A DNA stretch of 64,000 nt from Amphiscolops sp. MND2022. Lineage: Eukaryota. Shown piece after piece: positions 13,508 to 27,164 of the stretch; position 1 is the first letter of the stretch; each line of letters begins with the position of its first letter. The stretch lies in contig OZ076413.1 of NCBI GenBank assembly GCA_964187785.1, positions 52,576,001-52,640,000 on the forward strand, given 5' to 3'. The notes below the pieces were generated by a model. That model saw nothing but the letters and a program-made list of their open reading frames with translations, did not search any database and was not told the DNA's origin. The translations under genes and the position numbers were made by a program.

Positions 13508-13767
13508 CGTCACAATACCATGGACTAACTGCATTCTTACCGTTTTCGCATTCCAAATTTGATGTCTTTAGCTTTCGGTTACTCTTGACTAGGAACTGCT
13601 TTAGGGAACTGCTTTAGGGAACTGCTTTAGGGAACTGCTTTAATACAATAAAAATTCTGCATACAGCTTCATAAAGCAGTTCCTAGTGAAGTGTAACCGA
13701 AAACTGAAGACATCAAAATTTGAATGCGAAAACAGTAAAACTGCAGTTAGTCCAGAGCATTGTGACG
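13508..13767. mobile_element. Foldback/MITE-like element with ~95-bp imperfect inverted arms and an internal 13-bp tandem (agggaactgcttt, about x4)
   Basis: cgtcacaat...ggactaactgca...ttttcgcatt...gatgtctt...ttcggttac...aggaactgcttt mirrored at 13673-13767. Confidence 0.7.
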
Positions 13768-15806
13768 AACATTTCGTCAAAACGATGTTGTTTTTCTGCA
13801 TCACAAATGCTTGGGCACTGTTCTGTTTGAAGTTGAATTAAAATTCGCAACGTTTAATTGTCCGTTTTTTTGAGATTTGCGGTTTTCGAATTTTCTGTTG
13901 GTCAATCTCGAAGAACACTAGTTTAAAAAATGAAGATTTTTGGTGCTTCGATTTTGTCGCCACCTTTTGTGTTTACAAAACACCCTTCAAAAACTCTTTC
14001 ATTGAAGTTTAACAACGCCAAATCAGAACTCTCAAACTTTACTCGGTGAAGATTTGGGTTACAGAACGTTTGCTACTATGACATTTGCTAATAGGACGTT
14101 TGCTACAAGTAGCATTTTGCATGTAGTTAGTAGCAATTGTCCAAGTAGCAAATTGCCTAGTTGAAAGTTTCCGTGGATACCGAAATTTTGGCTTGAAGGC
14201 ACTCACAGCGAAATTTGACCGTGCATCTCTAACGAAGGGTTTCTCAGAAATTGTCTTGGAATTGAAAGATAGAAGCAGTGTTTGGACTTCAAATCTCTTT
14301 AGAAGGTTTTTTTCAGACTGTCAGCGTTTTCTAGAAAATGGCTTGATAGATAATGAAAAACGCCAAACTTTCGTAATTTCGATCGATTTCAAAGGAAAGA
14401 GCACTATTTCTGATTCAAAGTTGAACTACTTTTGTTTGTTGCTCGCGTTTTACCCAAAGTGATTCGAAAGGTGTTGAAATTGTGTGTCTTTGGGTTTTTG
14501 GTATTCAAGTCTTTAAGCAAGATTTTTTTTCAAGTTTCTAAACATTTAATGGCAGTTTTTAAGTCGGCGCTTCATGAAGTGAAACGCGACTATTATAGTG
14601 ACTTTTTTGTCAATCCATACGAACTGACCAAAATAGTTCTACAAAAGTTCTACGAAATATTATGGTGTCAAATTGAACCATTTGGCCTAGCGAACTGAAC
14701 CAAAAAGGTTTTTCCTTTTTTCCCGCGTAACACACAATACCGAGCGAGACAAGGGTCCCCCTTTCAGTTTTTTTCGGCATTGTAAGATTTTTTTCTGAAT
14801 TTTTTTCTCCCCGAAAGGTCCCCCTTCAATTTTTTTTGTATTTTGCAACAAAAGATGTTAAAACATCCGAAAGAGTCTCCACGGGGCGCCAATTCGGTCC
14901 AATTTTTGAGTTTTTCTGGTACTGTTAAAAATACTTGAACCTTTGAAGTCCTTTTTGCTATTTTGAGCCTTAGATATTGCGCCAACTTATGCCGTTCCCG
15001 GCTTGTTGATTGTATTCATTAAAACCAGTCGATTCAAAAAACTTCCCAAAAAGCTTTTAAACTCTTGAACTGTTAAATCAATAGCGATTCTTACAGTTTC
15101 TGTCAGGGCAAAAAGTTTCTCCTTTTACCGGGTAAATTTGCACTCAAGTATGGGGTGAAAAGTTGTTGAACCAGAACTAAAAGAGCTTTTATCAGCGAGA
15201 TTCAATTAAACTAAGTTGGGAAAAATTCCTGAAGAGCAATTTGTTGGTTTTGAGTAATCACCGGCTTTCCTCCTAGGAAGAAATTGTGACAATTGTGATA
15301 AACTCTAACTGATTACAACTAAGTAAATAAACTATTATAAACTCACCTCAACGGCATATATCGTTTACATTTGCTAGATTTTTCTCTACTTTCATCCTGT
15401 TTTTTTTTCATTCGTGAAATTTTTATAATCATCACGAAACTATTTCTCATTTTTCCCAATTTTTGAACCAAATTGGAGTCGTTAACGAATTTTCTGCCAA
15501 TAGCAAGCCTTATCAGCGTGTTTAAATTTGTGACGACTGAACTACCGAGTTCTCTTTTCACCGAGAAAAATAATTCCAAACATAAAATTTGAGGGAAAAG
15601 GAAATTTTCAATTGGCGCAAAAATGATTTCTTTTTCCTCCGACTGAAAAAAAAACAATTCAACTGGTTTCATTTTCTGTTCAGTCAGCGCGGTTGAAAGT
15701 AACTCAAGTCTCTGCATAAACAACTTGCAGGTAGTTGAAAAACAAGAAAAGCAGCCCAAAGCTAGCTAAAAACTTGAAAAAAAAAGACAACTGAACAACC
15801 AAGACG

Positions 15807-15891
15807 ATGACACCAATTTTTCAAGTCTTCAAAACCAACTTCGCCTCTGCAAGATCAACCAAAGTTTACGATCCTTCACTTTTTGTGTTCG
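15807..15891 (+). CDS. Candidate first coding exon of a host secreted or membrane protein (MTPIFQVFKTNFASARSTKVYDPSLFVF-G)
   Basis: ATG preceded by an in-frame stop and A at -3; ends at strong donor G|GTGAGT (15892), phase 1; joins in frame to the exon at 63840. Confidence 0.4.
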
Positions 15892-18800
15892 GTGAGTTTA
15901 ACGTTCTTCCTTTTTTTCAACTAAATTAAATTACTTTTCTATATTACCAATAAATGCAACTATTTAAGATTTTAAAAATTCAAAATTCATAGAAATTCAT
16001 TGAAGAAAATATAACTCTCAAACTTGAGCTTAACTTAATGCAGCTGAAAACTTTACTGACAGAATAAATGTGACAAAAACTTTCAAACTAAGCATGCTAG
16101 CACTACAGTAACAAAAATTCTTTTCACAAATCATGGAGCGTTCTCTATAATCTTTCATATTTTTGGGTAGTATTCTATGTTCTGTGAACACAAGAATTCA
16201 GCTATCACTGTTGAACAAGATTCTGTTATATGTTATTTTGAAAATATGAGACCTTATTCCAACATGTTGTCTTTCTAAAATAGTTACTTGCGCTTTTTTT
16301 CAAAAACTGCTCACATAATTTCTTTCGCAACCAATAAGGGTCAAGATGGTCAATGTTTCAATAGCAAAATGCTAAAATTCATGTTTTCAAGTGAATTATT
16401 CCATCATTTTGTCTCTATTTTTGGCAAACTTTCCTGACAAAATTTTCCAAAAATTGCGTTTTCCTCGTGCCGATGTTACTACTGCAGTGAGGTACCTAAA
16501 CTTGAAAACTGTCTAATTGTATTAAAACTTTCTTGATGAAGTTTAAAAATTTACAAAGCATCATTTTGTCAACGTCAGTTCACTTCAGTTGCTAGGAAAA
16601 AGTCTTTTGTTTTCCGAAAAAAACCCAAAATTTTCATTGGATCCAAATCAAGGGCTGAAACTAGATGCGCCTGAGCATGTAAAGACGTATAACTTGAATT
16701 TCTTAGAATTGCTTAGTCCAAAGATCAGATTGACAATGATCTCCGCAAACATATCGGTTCCGAAGATTGAGTTCCAACTAGTTTTGAACTCGGAAGGCCA
16801 ATTTGACAATATTTCTTTCCTTTAAAAGAAATCATAGAAGAATTGACCACAAACTCGCTTTTTTGTTTACTAAAACGTGGAAGTAAGTTTTTTTCGGTAA
16901 TAGCTTCAATTTGTGGATCTGTCTTCACGGTGTAAAAACCACCTATTCAATTTGATTTGCCTACAAGTCGTCTTTTGCCTACAAGTCTTGATTTGCCTAC
17001 AAATCTTGTTTCTTAGAGCGATCGTATTAGCGCATTTTTAATGCAAAATGTCAACTTCCGTTTTTTCGCCAGATATGGGGGTTAATAAAATTTCATCGAA
17101 TCTTAGTTAAAAAATGTGAAATGTTTTCGGTTGAAGATATATATTTTTGAAAACTGACGGTACCGTAAAAAAATTTCATATGAAAAAAATCTCAATTAGA
17201 AAGAAATTGACTAAATAATATAAAAATTTTCAGTGTTGGTGTGAAAACAGAAAAGAGCTCTTTTTACAGTAACTATATCTAACTTCAGCAATAACACGTT
17301 TTGGACGTTGAACCATTTGCATAACTACTAGAAACTGCAGTTTTTATGTGATGCGGATTCACTTTTCTAAAGGAGACATGTTTAATTAGGTGGTATCAAT
17401 ACGACTTTTTCCTCTCTCCACTTTTGTTGTTGAAGCTGAAAGTCAACCTAATGAGTGACCTGTCTGGCATTCAAAAATTTTTGCCATACTTCCTAAAACA
17501 ATTATCTCATTGAGACTCATATACACAAACAACAGTAGCAAGACTTTCAGACTTCCGTACGGATGTAACTGAAAACCAGACGAATTGAATAATTAAGAAA
17601 AATTCCAAACAAAATCGCATTTCCTATTTGATTTTACATAACTTAGTTCACTGATTTTGTCGTGATCACACTCAAATGAAGTTTTGTCAAAACTAAAAAT
17701 AACAACGATAATATCTCTCCGTTGTCACGTACTTACAATAAACTCATACTGCCAATGATTGACTTTATTTCTGTTTTAGTCATTTTGAAAATGAATATTG
17801 CAGTATTGAATCCAGATTTTACGTTTGAACACTGTACTATAAATATTCGATTAATCTTTTCACTTGAGCAACTACGAGGATATTATAATATTTGTACAAG
17901 AAATTATATTTCGGTCTAGTTGAACATCTCTTTGATCAATTCTGATATATGCACTTCAAATCTAGTCTGGATTTAATGTTCGTACTAGAAGTTGCGTACG
18001 GAATTTAACTTCCACCTGAGAAAAAGCCTCTGAGAATTCTGAGTTCTGTTTAATATTCTGCTTCGTTGAAGTTAGTATTGCCAATAGTTCCATGGAACAA
18101 TAAACAATTGCTAATGATAGAGTTGGCAAACAAATTATTGAATATTAGAAGCAAGGACTTAGTCTATTGATCTTGTTTTCTGTGAAATATTTCACAAAAC
18201 GTTCAGCAATATAACCCATGTGTCGACGGAGTTTCAAAGATCCACCTAGACTAGATGTACCTCAAAGGGTTGCATGTCTTTTTGTTTTCTAAAGCTTTTT
18301 CTAAACGTTAGGTTCTTGCAGAACTCCAACGCCAAATGAAATCATTTTCCCATTTGCCGACATTAAAAGTTAATTTCTCACCAATGGACCGTTTTGATAC
18401 GCTTTTACCACCTGCATGTGACTATGTGATTAAGGTATGCGTTTGTTCCTACTTTTAGAAAGACCGTTATCAACAGCGATCATGATTACTTGCCGCTCTC
18501 CTTTTTTGACACTCGGTCATTCAAATATGTTATAAGGAAAACGATTTAGCCCTAAAACAGAGCCTCGTGGATTATCTGTACTAACTGGTCGTTTTGATGT
18601 TGCTCACCCACTGTGATACACGAGTCTACCCCTATTTCTCTGAAAACAGATTTCATGAAGCAGGTTTTTGATTTTGCCTCGGAAACAATTGTGTTACATT
18701 TCATCGAAAAATTTTTAATGATTAGGAGTATCGAGATTTTTTTGCAAATCAATAATCCATGGTTTGTCTGAAAACGCGTTTTTTTCTACAGCTGCTCCCT

Positions 18801-20895
18801 TGTACTTAGTCACTGTGGCAAAGGCATAGCCGCAATACATTTTAGATCTACACTCAATTTGAGTTCCATATAACAGCTATACCACAGAAAACCTTTCATC
18901 AGTTTTTTGCGCCCATTTCACAAAAATTTTGCTTAGGTAACCTCAATAACTGATTGGTTTGTTAATTGCAGGGTTTGGGCAATAATCTTTTACAAAAAAT
19001 GTTTTTCCGTTTGCTTTTTAAAACCGGAACGATTTCTTGTCCAAAGTAATGAGGATAACAATGTTGCAATATAAGATTCTAGTATGGTGAACAACAATTT
19101 GACTTGTCTTTCTTTGCCCATCTCCACAGACGCTTTGTTTATCCATTGTTTGAGTATACTTGAAACTCGAACCCATCAGTGCATTTACGAATAAGGTTTC
19201 CTTGTTCTCACAGATTTAGGCACTGGTTGACAGACTTCAACAAACAGAGACAATTGCAAAGTTTGTCAAAGATCAAGCACGACATAATTTTGCCCTTATT
19301 TTTGTTGGAAATTTCTTGCTTTCAGTGTAGGGTAAAATCGTTTTGGAGAAGGATTACGACTAGCTGTTCGAATTAGTTTCTTTTTCGCAAGTCTTTCCTT
19401 TTTCTTTACTACAGTCAGAAAGTTTTTGTATCCGATTTGGTTTTTGGGTTGTGGATTTCATCAAATATCTTAACTGAAGTTTCAATTGTCAAAAAATCAG
19501 TCCCGTCTCTGGTAGGAAAGCAGCCCAGCCCAATCGACGTTGATAGTTTGTTCGTGTTGAAAGAATTGGCTGGCATTCATTTATACATGAAACTCTTCTA
19601 CTGGGTCAATTGGTGTCATCCAAGTTTTTGTTAAAACGAAATGATAATCTAAATATTGGAAATTAGGTCTTGAGTTGGTTTGACTATCAGATTCGCGTTC
19701 TCAAATAAAAAGGTGGAAGGTTGATACATGATAGAAATGACATTTCGAGCGTGGCAGTTGCTCGCTATTCGTAAAGGAACTTGAAGCTGGCTATCGAATA
19801 TTTGAGTTTCGGCATTTGCTGCTCGCACGTATCCATGAGATCTTCAACGGCCCTCGCGAGAATTTCTTCTATGATATCTAGGCGCCCATTTAATCATTTT
19901 CGGTAGTCATTCAGCTGTTGTTTCTAAGTCTTTTTACCTTACTCAAAATGAACAATCTTATTTATGAATGCTGGCGGATGTCTTGCTTCATCTATTCGCT
20001 CCAGTGGATGACAAGCAGCAGGGGCAGAATGATCCATTTGAACTCCCTGAGCTGTTTCTACAAAATGGAACAATCTTGTCAAAAATCTGCAAGTTCTTGA
20101 AGTCCTTGGTAAAAGTTTTTGCAAGTGTAAAAGGCCAAGAGCATATAGGTCTCGACAAGAGTTTCCAGAAAATCGCGTTGTGTTTTCGACCGAAAAACGC
20201 AAGAACTATTCAATCTTCGAAAGGAAGCTCTCAAAAAGTCAAGTATTGGTTTGTTAATTGTCAGTATAATTCGACATTAACAAAGTTTGACAAAAGAGTG
20301 AAAGATAGGGGAGTGACTATGTTCAGTGCAAACTAGCGTCATTTTCAGCGCGCTATTTGAAAAGCAACGCTTACATCAGATGAGTATTTGAGAACCTAAC
20401 ACGTGAAAACAATGTTGCCGTGTCCCTAAGGAAGTGGGAATTTTTTCCAATCCAATTTCATTAGTAGAAAATGCAGCGTAACTCTAAAAGATTTATAACC
20501 GGAACCTGGCTTTCCTAAAACATTAGCTAGCATGCAGGCCTGCAACATATAAAACGTTCCAGCAGCCACGACTAGGTAATGCTGTAACAATATCTTTGTG
20601 AGGTGCTTTTTTTGAAAACGACTAGCTTTAAACATTGCACTTTTCCAAGGTATTTGATTAGTCATTGACGTTCCTAAAAATAATTAGACACATGTTATAG
20701 ACATAAATTGACTATTTGTTTTGTGATGTCAATTCAGCTAATACAGTGAAGATACAGCTGAGGTGATCCATTAATTTACACATCTGTCAAAATTGAATGA
20801 AGAATTAAATTTTTGAGATTAAAAGGAATCACATTAGGGAAAACTCTAGGAAGAGTGTTTTAATCAATTTCTGTCTGGCCTCATAGCTATATAGT

Positions 20896-21165
20896 AGTAT
20901 CAAATTTGAATAAATAACCCTTGTCTAGTCATATACATGTAATACACCGTTCAAGTCCTGTCATCGAAGCTATATCTAAAGAAAATAGTCCATTAAAATG
21001 TTTTAGGGAATTACAGGTCAAAATTACTATATAGTAATTTTGACCTGTAATTCCCTAAAACATTTTAATGGACTATTTTCTTTAGATATAGCTTCGATGA
21101 CAGGACTTGAACGGTGTATTACATGTATATGACTAGACAAGGGTTATTTATTCAAATTTGATACT
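20896..21165. repeat. Perfect 270-bp palindrome (135-bp arms, no spacer)
   Basis: Exact reverse-complement symmetry around 21030/21031 (actat|atagt). Confidence 0.95.
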
Positions 21166-21547
21166 CACAACATCAAGACATACAAAGGAATCATTTGACT
21201 GAAATTAATTAAGGTTGAAAAGAAAATGGAAATTTACATGCAACAATAGCATGGCACCAATGAAATACGCGACAATAGCAACAATGGCGTCGAGAGAGAA
21301 GGTCTATTTTTAATGTTCTCAAAGGGGTTCATTGAATCCAAATTTGAATCAGTTCTATATTTGGTAGTGAGATTTTAATTGGGGAAGAAATTACGATCCG
21401 CTAATACTGAAAACGAGCGAGATTTGTTCAGGCCAAACATCCCCATACATGTAGTGCTTGGCTGGTGACAAGCGTTTTCTAGGAAATGGTTTGTTTCTGG
21501 ACCAGTGTAAGCTGCCAAACAACAGGATTACACAAACATTCTGAAGT

Positions 21548-24451
21548 TGTGGTAAAAAGAGAGGGATCTAATGATCCCTTAACACTAAGCTATAAAACAA
21601 GCTTTCTCTTTTTAGGGGAGTCTAAATAGCTGATTAACTGTATATCCCAGAACCCGATCATCGCCAGACAGTAATTAATTCTAATTGGGGTACCAGAAGT
21701 TTGAGTCAATCAACCATAGTCTACACCACACCCCCTTCTTTACAAGAAGCTATGGTCCACTCCTCTGTTGATACCGAGGTCCAATGAAATTGGGACTGAG
21801 GGCTCATATAGTTTTAGGACGTCCTCTTAAACCCTTCTGATGTATGTTTACTCTACCGGAGTTATCACTGTAACAATCCATGTAACTACGTTTTGTTACC
21901 TACGGCGTAGTGTAAGGCACCGTGTCTTACAACGCCAACTCTCCAATGTTCAGATGTTTTAAAATCTTTCATTTGATATTTTTGTTGCCGTGGTCGTGTA
22001 ACCTCTTTCACACAACACTAGCTCGTTGATTTTGTGAGACCAACAGCTTGCTCCATCGGGGATTCTTGTTTCCTCTCGGGTGTAAGGGTTCTCTGGTGTA
22101 AAAAATCTCGGTGGATTTTTGTTTCGTTTGGGTGCTTGTCTCCACTGCAATTTCTTCCCCAGTTGGATTCCTCGAGGCGAAAAAAAAACATTTTCAATGT
22201 TTGGTTGTGCAATCCAATCCACGCAGCAAAATCTGCTGAAAGGAAATCTGCCAAAAGGTGGAATCGACTGCGACGTAATAGCAGTTGTCAGTGGATTGCG
22301 CTGCACGACTTCTAAAACAGCCGTCCACCGAATTCCACTGCAAAAACTCAAAATACCCACTTTTGGCACTGTAATGTTGTAAAAATGGTTGAAAAACCGT
22401 GTCTCTGGGCCCGTTTTCACCTCCGCTGTTATTTGTGATTGGGTTGATATCTAATGGTTTAGATACTGATTTCTTATGTAGTCTTCTTTGGTTTTTCCGT
22501 TAAAACGGTTTGAGCGTGTTGTTCTACAACTTTGATAGGATGTTTCTCATGCAGACTGGATGTTGTTTTTTGATTTGGAATTTTTTGTGGCACTAGCAGA
22601 TGTTACTGGGATTCGGGGTTGTTGTTCCGCATTACCCCTTTTATGGACCTTACTGGGTGATGCCATCGGTTCCTCTGATTCAAACGCTGCATACACGTAC
22701 TGCATATCAGGAAATGCTGAAACATGTTTAGACTTTATCCAATTAGTCGTTAGTATGATGTTACTGAGGATAATATTCGTAGTTCAAACGTTGGTTTTGT
22801 CAATTCAATATTATGGATAGTTGTTTTATTCGATCGGGGTACTGCAAGTTTGCTTTTTAAAAGTTCTTCGCTATTCGTCCGGATGTTTTCTCGTTTAGAT
22901 TGTCCTTTCTACTAGAACTGTCGCCGTTGGTAATTGTGGCAGTTCGCTTAGAATTTGCTTCACAGATCCTTTCGGAATAACGCGTTACTGTTGTTGGTCC
23001 TGATAGTTTGCTTTACGCAGTTAAAGTTGAAGCAGTTTTCAAGAAAGTATATTAGTACAAAGTGATTTGGTTTGTGGAACTTGTGTAATTCAGTTATCAC
23101 TAAATCTATCATCGGCTACTAATAAACAGTATTCTTGGTAAAATCCAATTAAATTATTTCGCTGAGACTATATTGTTCGGGTAGATTTTTTTCAGTCGAA
23201 GGAATTTGAACCTTCATTTTTAGCTGACGCGTGAAAATGACTTTTTCTTCAATCAAGATTTGCATGCATGTCGCACCCGTAGAAACGTTCGGCTCCCACC
23301 GTCATCTTCGTGGAAACGATGTCTGCGGATTGACAGAGATGAATGACCGTCCGTTGCAGTAGACGTGGTACAGCGATCCGTATAACCTTTTTCTGTGCCT
23401 GTGATGTCCAGTGAAATCTCCATTGGCCATGGCAGCTAAGCGGTGTTGCTGCGCTCTTTGTTTGAGTTTTAGTTGTCCATATGCGTACCTGAAATCTATA
23501 TTCGAGAATGAAAGATCTACATCTGGTTTTCCGGAGTTCTATGGATAATTTGCTTATTAGCTCTTCCTTTTTCGGCATTTGTGCTTGTCTTCTGTAGCAA
23601 ACAACAATAATGTTTCCTGAATTGATTGCAATTCTTATCAACGTGTCTTTTTTAGCTTTATCACTTCCGTAGATATAAAGGCTGTTTTCATGTCAGTAGC
23701 TCGAATGTGCCCAGAAACCATTAACCGTTGAAGTCCGGTTCCGTCGACACCTTGTCAGCGAATGGAAATCTGTCGTGCTTTCTCCTGTTTTAATTTCGCG
23801 TCCGGTTTTAGATTAATGTCTACTTCGATTTGACGGTATGGCTAGGAGGTTAGAATTTATTTGAACTTTCGATTCAGTTCCTCTATTTCCTCTTTTTAAT
23901 TGCACATGGATAATCGATTTTGTTTGTTGTTGCCAAAAACTAGTGTATTTGGATGACAGGTGATTTCAAGTCATTGTGTTTCTCTTATCCATTCCATGCT
24001 CGGGTTCATTGCCTTTGTCTCATTACCCAGATCAACAATTTCTTCAATTTTTTTTTGCTTTGCGTAATCGAAAACGCTGTACGTGGCGTTTTCACAAGAT
24101 AAGCTTTGATCAGAATATCTTGAGTAAGGTCAGTATATAATTTGAATCTGGGCAACCATAGTTACGCATCTGCGGTCGATAGCTCCGTGTCCGTATTGGT
24201 GAAAATTGGTGTGACCAGTGATTTTTTTTCTGGTAGATCAGCATTTTGTTTTTTTAAAGGATATCTGTCTTGGTGACTGCGCCATGCTGTATTTAAAGTT
24301 GTGGTAAAAGGTAGTATCTAAAATGTTCAATTAACACTAAGCTATAAAACAAGCTATCTCTACTTAGTGGAGTCTTTCTAGCTGACAAACTGTATATCCC
24401 ACAAACCGATCATTGCCAGACAGTAATTAATTCTAATTGAGGTATCGGTCT
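21548..24451 (-). mobile_element. Old, internally deleted gypsy element; its 5' LTR (24300-24451 + 42738-42785) is split by the 18.3-kb insertion
   Basis: LTR TGTGGT...ACCACA at 21548-21730 with PPT (aaagaaggggg on minus) adjacent; diverged second copy starts at 24300 and resumes after 42737; PBS-like TGGCGCAG on minus near 24277-24284; degenerate IN zinc-binding region at 23249-23641. No TSD found. Confidence 0.65.
23249..23641 (-). pseudogene. Degenerate gypsy integrase N-terminal (H2C2-region) fragment
   Basis: RIAVPRLLQRTVIHLCQ...KMTVGAERFYG resembles the VP..LR..VL..H....KM...A..FYW signature. Confidence 0.55.
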
Positions 24452-24581
24452 TGTCGCGTTATGACTAACGCTTTAACAAACATAATTAGGTGCTAAAGTG
24501 CAGTGTATATTTAACTAATAAATACAGAAACAAACATGAACTAGAACTAACGTTTGTTTATGGGGGAGAGAGTTGTAGATA

Positions 24582-24805
24582 AAGATGGCGGCCATAAGGC
24601 GGCGGCCATAACGTGGTAATAATGATGATGAAGTACTGTGACGAGAAAGGAATTGCACAAGTGAAGAATTCTATATTATACCGCGTATATTTGAAATACG
24701 AAAACAGCTATGATTGGTGGCATGTAAACCATGCCTGCTACGCAGCGCACGATAAGAAACGCTTGGCTGTATATATACGGCCAACGCAGGCGAGGAGATT
24801 CACAC
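24582..24805 (+). promoter_or_regulatory. Putative LTR promoter: YY1/Pho-type site, TATA box and initiator
   Basis: AAGATGGCGGC at 24582-24592 plus a second GCGGCCAT; TATATATA at 24770-24777; TCA at 24800-24802, ~30 nt downstream. Confidence 0.5.
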
Positions 24806-25216
24806 ACTTATTGAAACGGACAGAGCTTAAACTTAAAAGCTCTCGTTTCTCTTCACTTCTCTTCCACTTCTCTCCCCTCACCCCTGCTCTTCTTTCTTAC
24901 TTTACCCCCTTTCCTCTCACTTTACTATTATCTTCCCCTTCAGACTTAGAAAGTCTATTTCTCGCCTTCACATTTCAATTCAGATTTCTATTTAACTCAA
25001 CAAAACTTCTTGCTTTATAACTCAGATCCAATGATTCTCTTTTAATCCTACCCTTGCATCTTAGAATATTTCTCCACTCATCCTTGATTTGACTTCAACT
25101 TCCAGAACCAATCTTCCCTTACAAGAAATTTCTAACTTAGAAATTTCTCTTCAATTTCGTCTCCGGTTTGGTGAGTCTGACTATTTAGACCTTTCAGTAG
25201 AGATTTCACTCTCTCT

Positions 25217-25461
25217 GAAACTTCAAATTTAGCTATTTTCCGCTGATTTCAATTCTGCGGTTGACAAAACTTTGACTTTAACTATTTTCCGCCGATATCA
25301 ATTCTGCGGTTGACAAAACTTCAAATTTAGCTATTTTCCGCTGATTTCAATTCTGCGGTTGACAAAACTTTGACTTTAACTATTTTCCGCCGATATCAAT
25401 TCTGCGGTTGACAAAACTTCAAATTTAGCTATTTTCCGCTGATTTCAATTCTGCGGTTGAC
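25217..25461 (+). repeat. 49-bp tandem repeat, alternating A/B variants (ABABA, 5 units) in the 5' LTR
   Basis: A=aaaacttcaaatttagctattttccgctgatttcaattctgcggttgac; B=aaaactttgactttaactattttccgccgatatcaattctgcggttgac. Confidence 0.95.
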
Positions 25462-26130
25462 AAAACTTTAACTTTGATTATTTTCATTAGAACTAAATAG
25501 TTCTATAAAGTTGACGTTACATAAACTCACATAAGAAAAGGGATGATTAAAATTTTAAAGTGCTATATTATGAAAAAGTCTTAATGCTATTCAATTTTCT
25601 ACTGAATAGAGACATCTAAATCAAAACTCTTCCGTTTAAAATAGTACGGATTTGTAAATTTTGTTTGAGAAAAAGATTTCCGAAGAAAAAGGGAAATTCT
25701 TATTATTTGTAAATAGTTTCATTTTCTTGAATGATAAATTGTAAAAGTTATATTACTTCTTCTTGTAAAGTGAAGTTGTAATCTTTATTAATCTGAGATT
25801 TGTAACAATTGAAAGAAATATGGCTATGTCCAGAAATTGTTCACTTTCAATATTCTCAACTCATTCGTAATTAAACATATTTATCCTCCATACATTTTCA
25901 GTAAACGGGAAGCTCATTTACAAACACCGCCTTGCGCGACTCACGCAATTTCTTTTGTTCGCACGTACACGCAAGGCACCCCTTTATCAGTAAGTTGCTA
26001 ATTTATTTATTGGGACTTATACTTGTTAAATCAATAACAGAACCGTCGCGAGATAGTACCTTGTAAAATGCAAACAAGGACTTGACAGATTAAAACTAAT
26101 AAACAAATTTCACCCATGCGTGCGACAAAC

Positions 26131-26147
26131 TGGTGCGACCAGTGAGG
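26131..26147 (+). promoter_or_regulatory. Primer-binding site
   Basis: TGGTGCGACCAGTGAGG 3 nt after the LTR; begins TGG, complementary to tRNA CCA. Cognate tRNA not assigned. Confidence 0.75.
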
Positions 26148-27164
26148 CACCTTTTTCTCTTGTAATAGAGAAGTAAATGAGCTATCTGTTAGAATCCCTA
26201 CTCTCAGAAGTAAGGGTTACTTACTTATTTCTCTTAACATTACTTCTAATTTTCTTCTTTCTCCTACTGCCTCAATATGTGGCTTCTCTAATCTATATAA
26301 ATCGTAAAACTGCTAGTAAATACTCTAACAGAATCTCTCCAGCCTAACAGCTTTGGGAAGAGTTTATGCACTACTCTCTTTCTTTCAATCCCCAAAACCA
26401 TTTGTTAGAAATGATTTACCTTTACGAAAATACTATGAGATTACCATCAGTCCTAAACAAGAATGAAACTGACTCTATACGCTTTATTTAAAGGCACAGT
26501 TGGGAAATTCACTCTAGTCCGGACGGACACAAATTAAGTAAAAGCCCGCCTAGGTCTCCTCGGAGGCTGTTTGAAGGCCGTGAGCCCAGTGGGTATCTTG
26601 GAACCTATGTAGCATTCCGAGTGGGAAACCTAGTATTCTAGTGATAGTACCCAAGTGATTGCATGATAGTGATCTGGGCCCCACGCACTTAATCCTAAAG
26701 ACGAGAGTAACTCCCTCTGTGAACTAGCAGTAGTTATTTTCCTAAAGTTAAAGAAAGGCTCAACGAGCGGATGAAAGACCTAGTGGACTGACTGTACTCT
26801 TCATAGGTTTTCTTTGGGTTAACTCGGAGGATTGGTATACCCCGAACTACCCTTTTTACGATAATCTCAACACTACTGGGATTTGTAAGTATCCCCTAAA
26901 CTGTGGAATCAGAGTACAAAATATAGGAAATGAGCCTAACTTCGACCGAGAAGTGCTATTTTCATTTTTGCTAGCAGCGTATTAAGGATTTTATGATTTG
27001 TCAGACCTGTCTAATAATTATCACTATTAGAATCATAGTACAAACAATTTTTACTTTAACTCTTTGCTGTTATTCTCAAAAGCCAAGAGTATCATACCTC
27101 ATAGAGTCTTTGGCTTATTGTTCTTTGCTTCATCTTCTATCCTTTATAATCTCAATAGCTCACA

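Larger units (their letters stand above)
24452..26127 (+). repeat. 5' LTR (1676 bp)
   Basis: Direct repeat of 40862-42733; starts TG, ends CA. Confidence 0.97.

Noticed and set aside
15343-15759. 138-aa minus-strand ORF
   Set aside because: TTG start, AT-rich low-information translation, overlaps the presumed promoter/5' UTR of the plus-strand exon.
17700-19900. Stretch that looks like decayed coding sequence on the minus strand (Polinton/transposase?)
   Set aside because: Many stops and no diagnostic motif I can name; needs tBLASTx/HMMER.
19968-20108. Possible additional host exon (MLADVLLHLF...FLKSL|gtaaaa)
   Set aside because: Weak donor, no clear acceptor, and cannot be phased confidently with the other exons.
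24613-25020. 135-aa ORF in the LTR (identical copy at 41023-41430) as a sag/nef-like gene
   Set aside because: Runs through the TATA box and a pyrimidine tract that yields low-complexity L/F/S sequence; no motif; identity between copies only reflects LTR youth. Not excluded without Ribo-seq.
25217-25461. 49-bp array as CRISPR
   Set aside because: Head-to-tail units with no unique spacers, inside an LTR, no cas genes, eukaryotic context.
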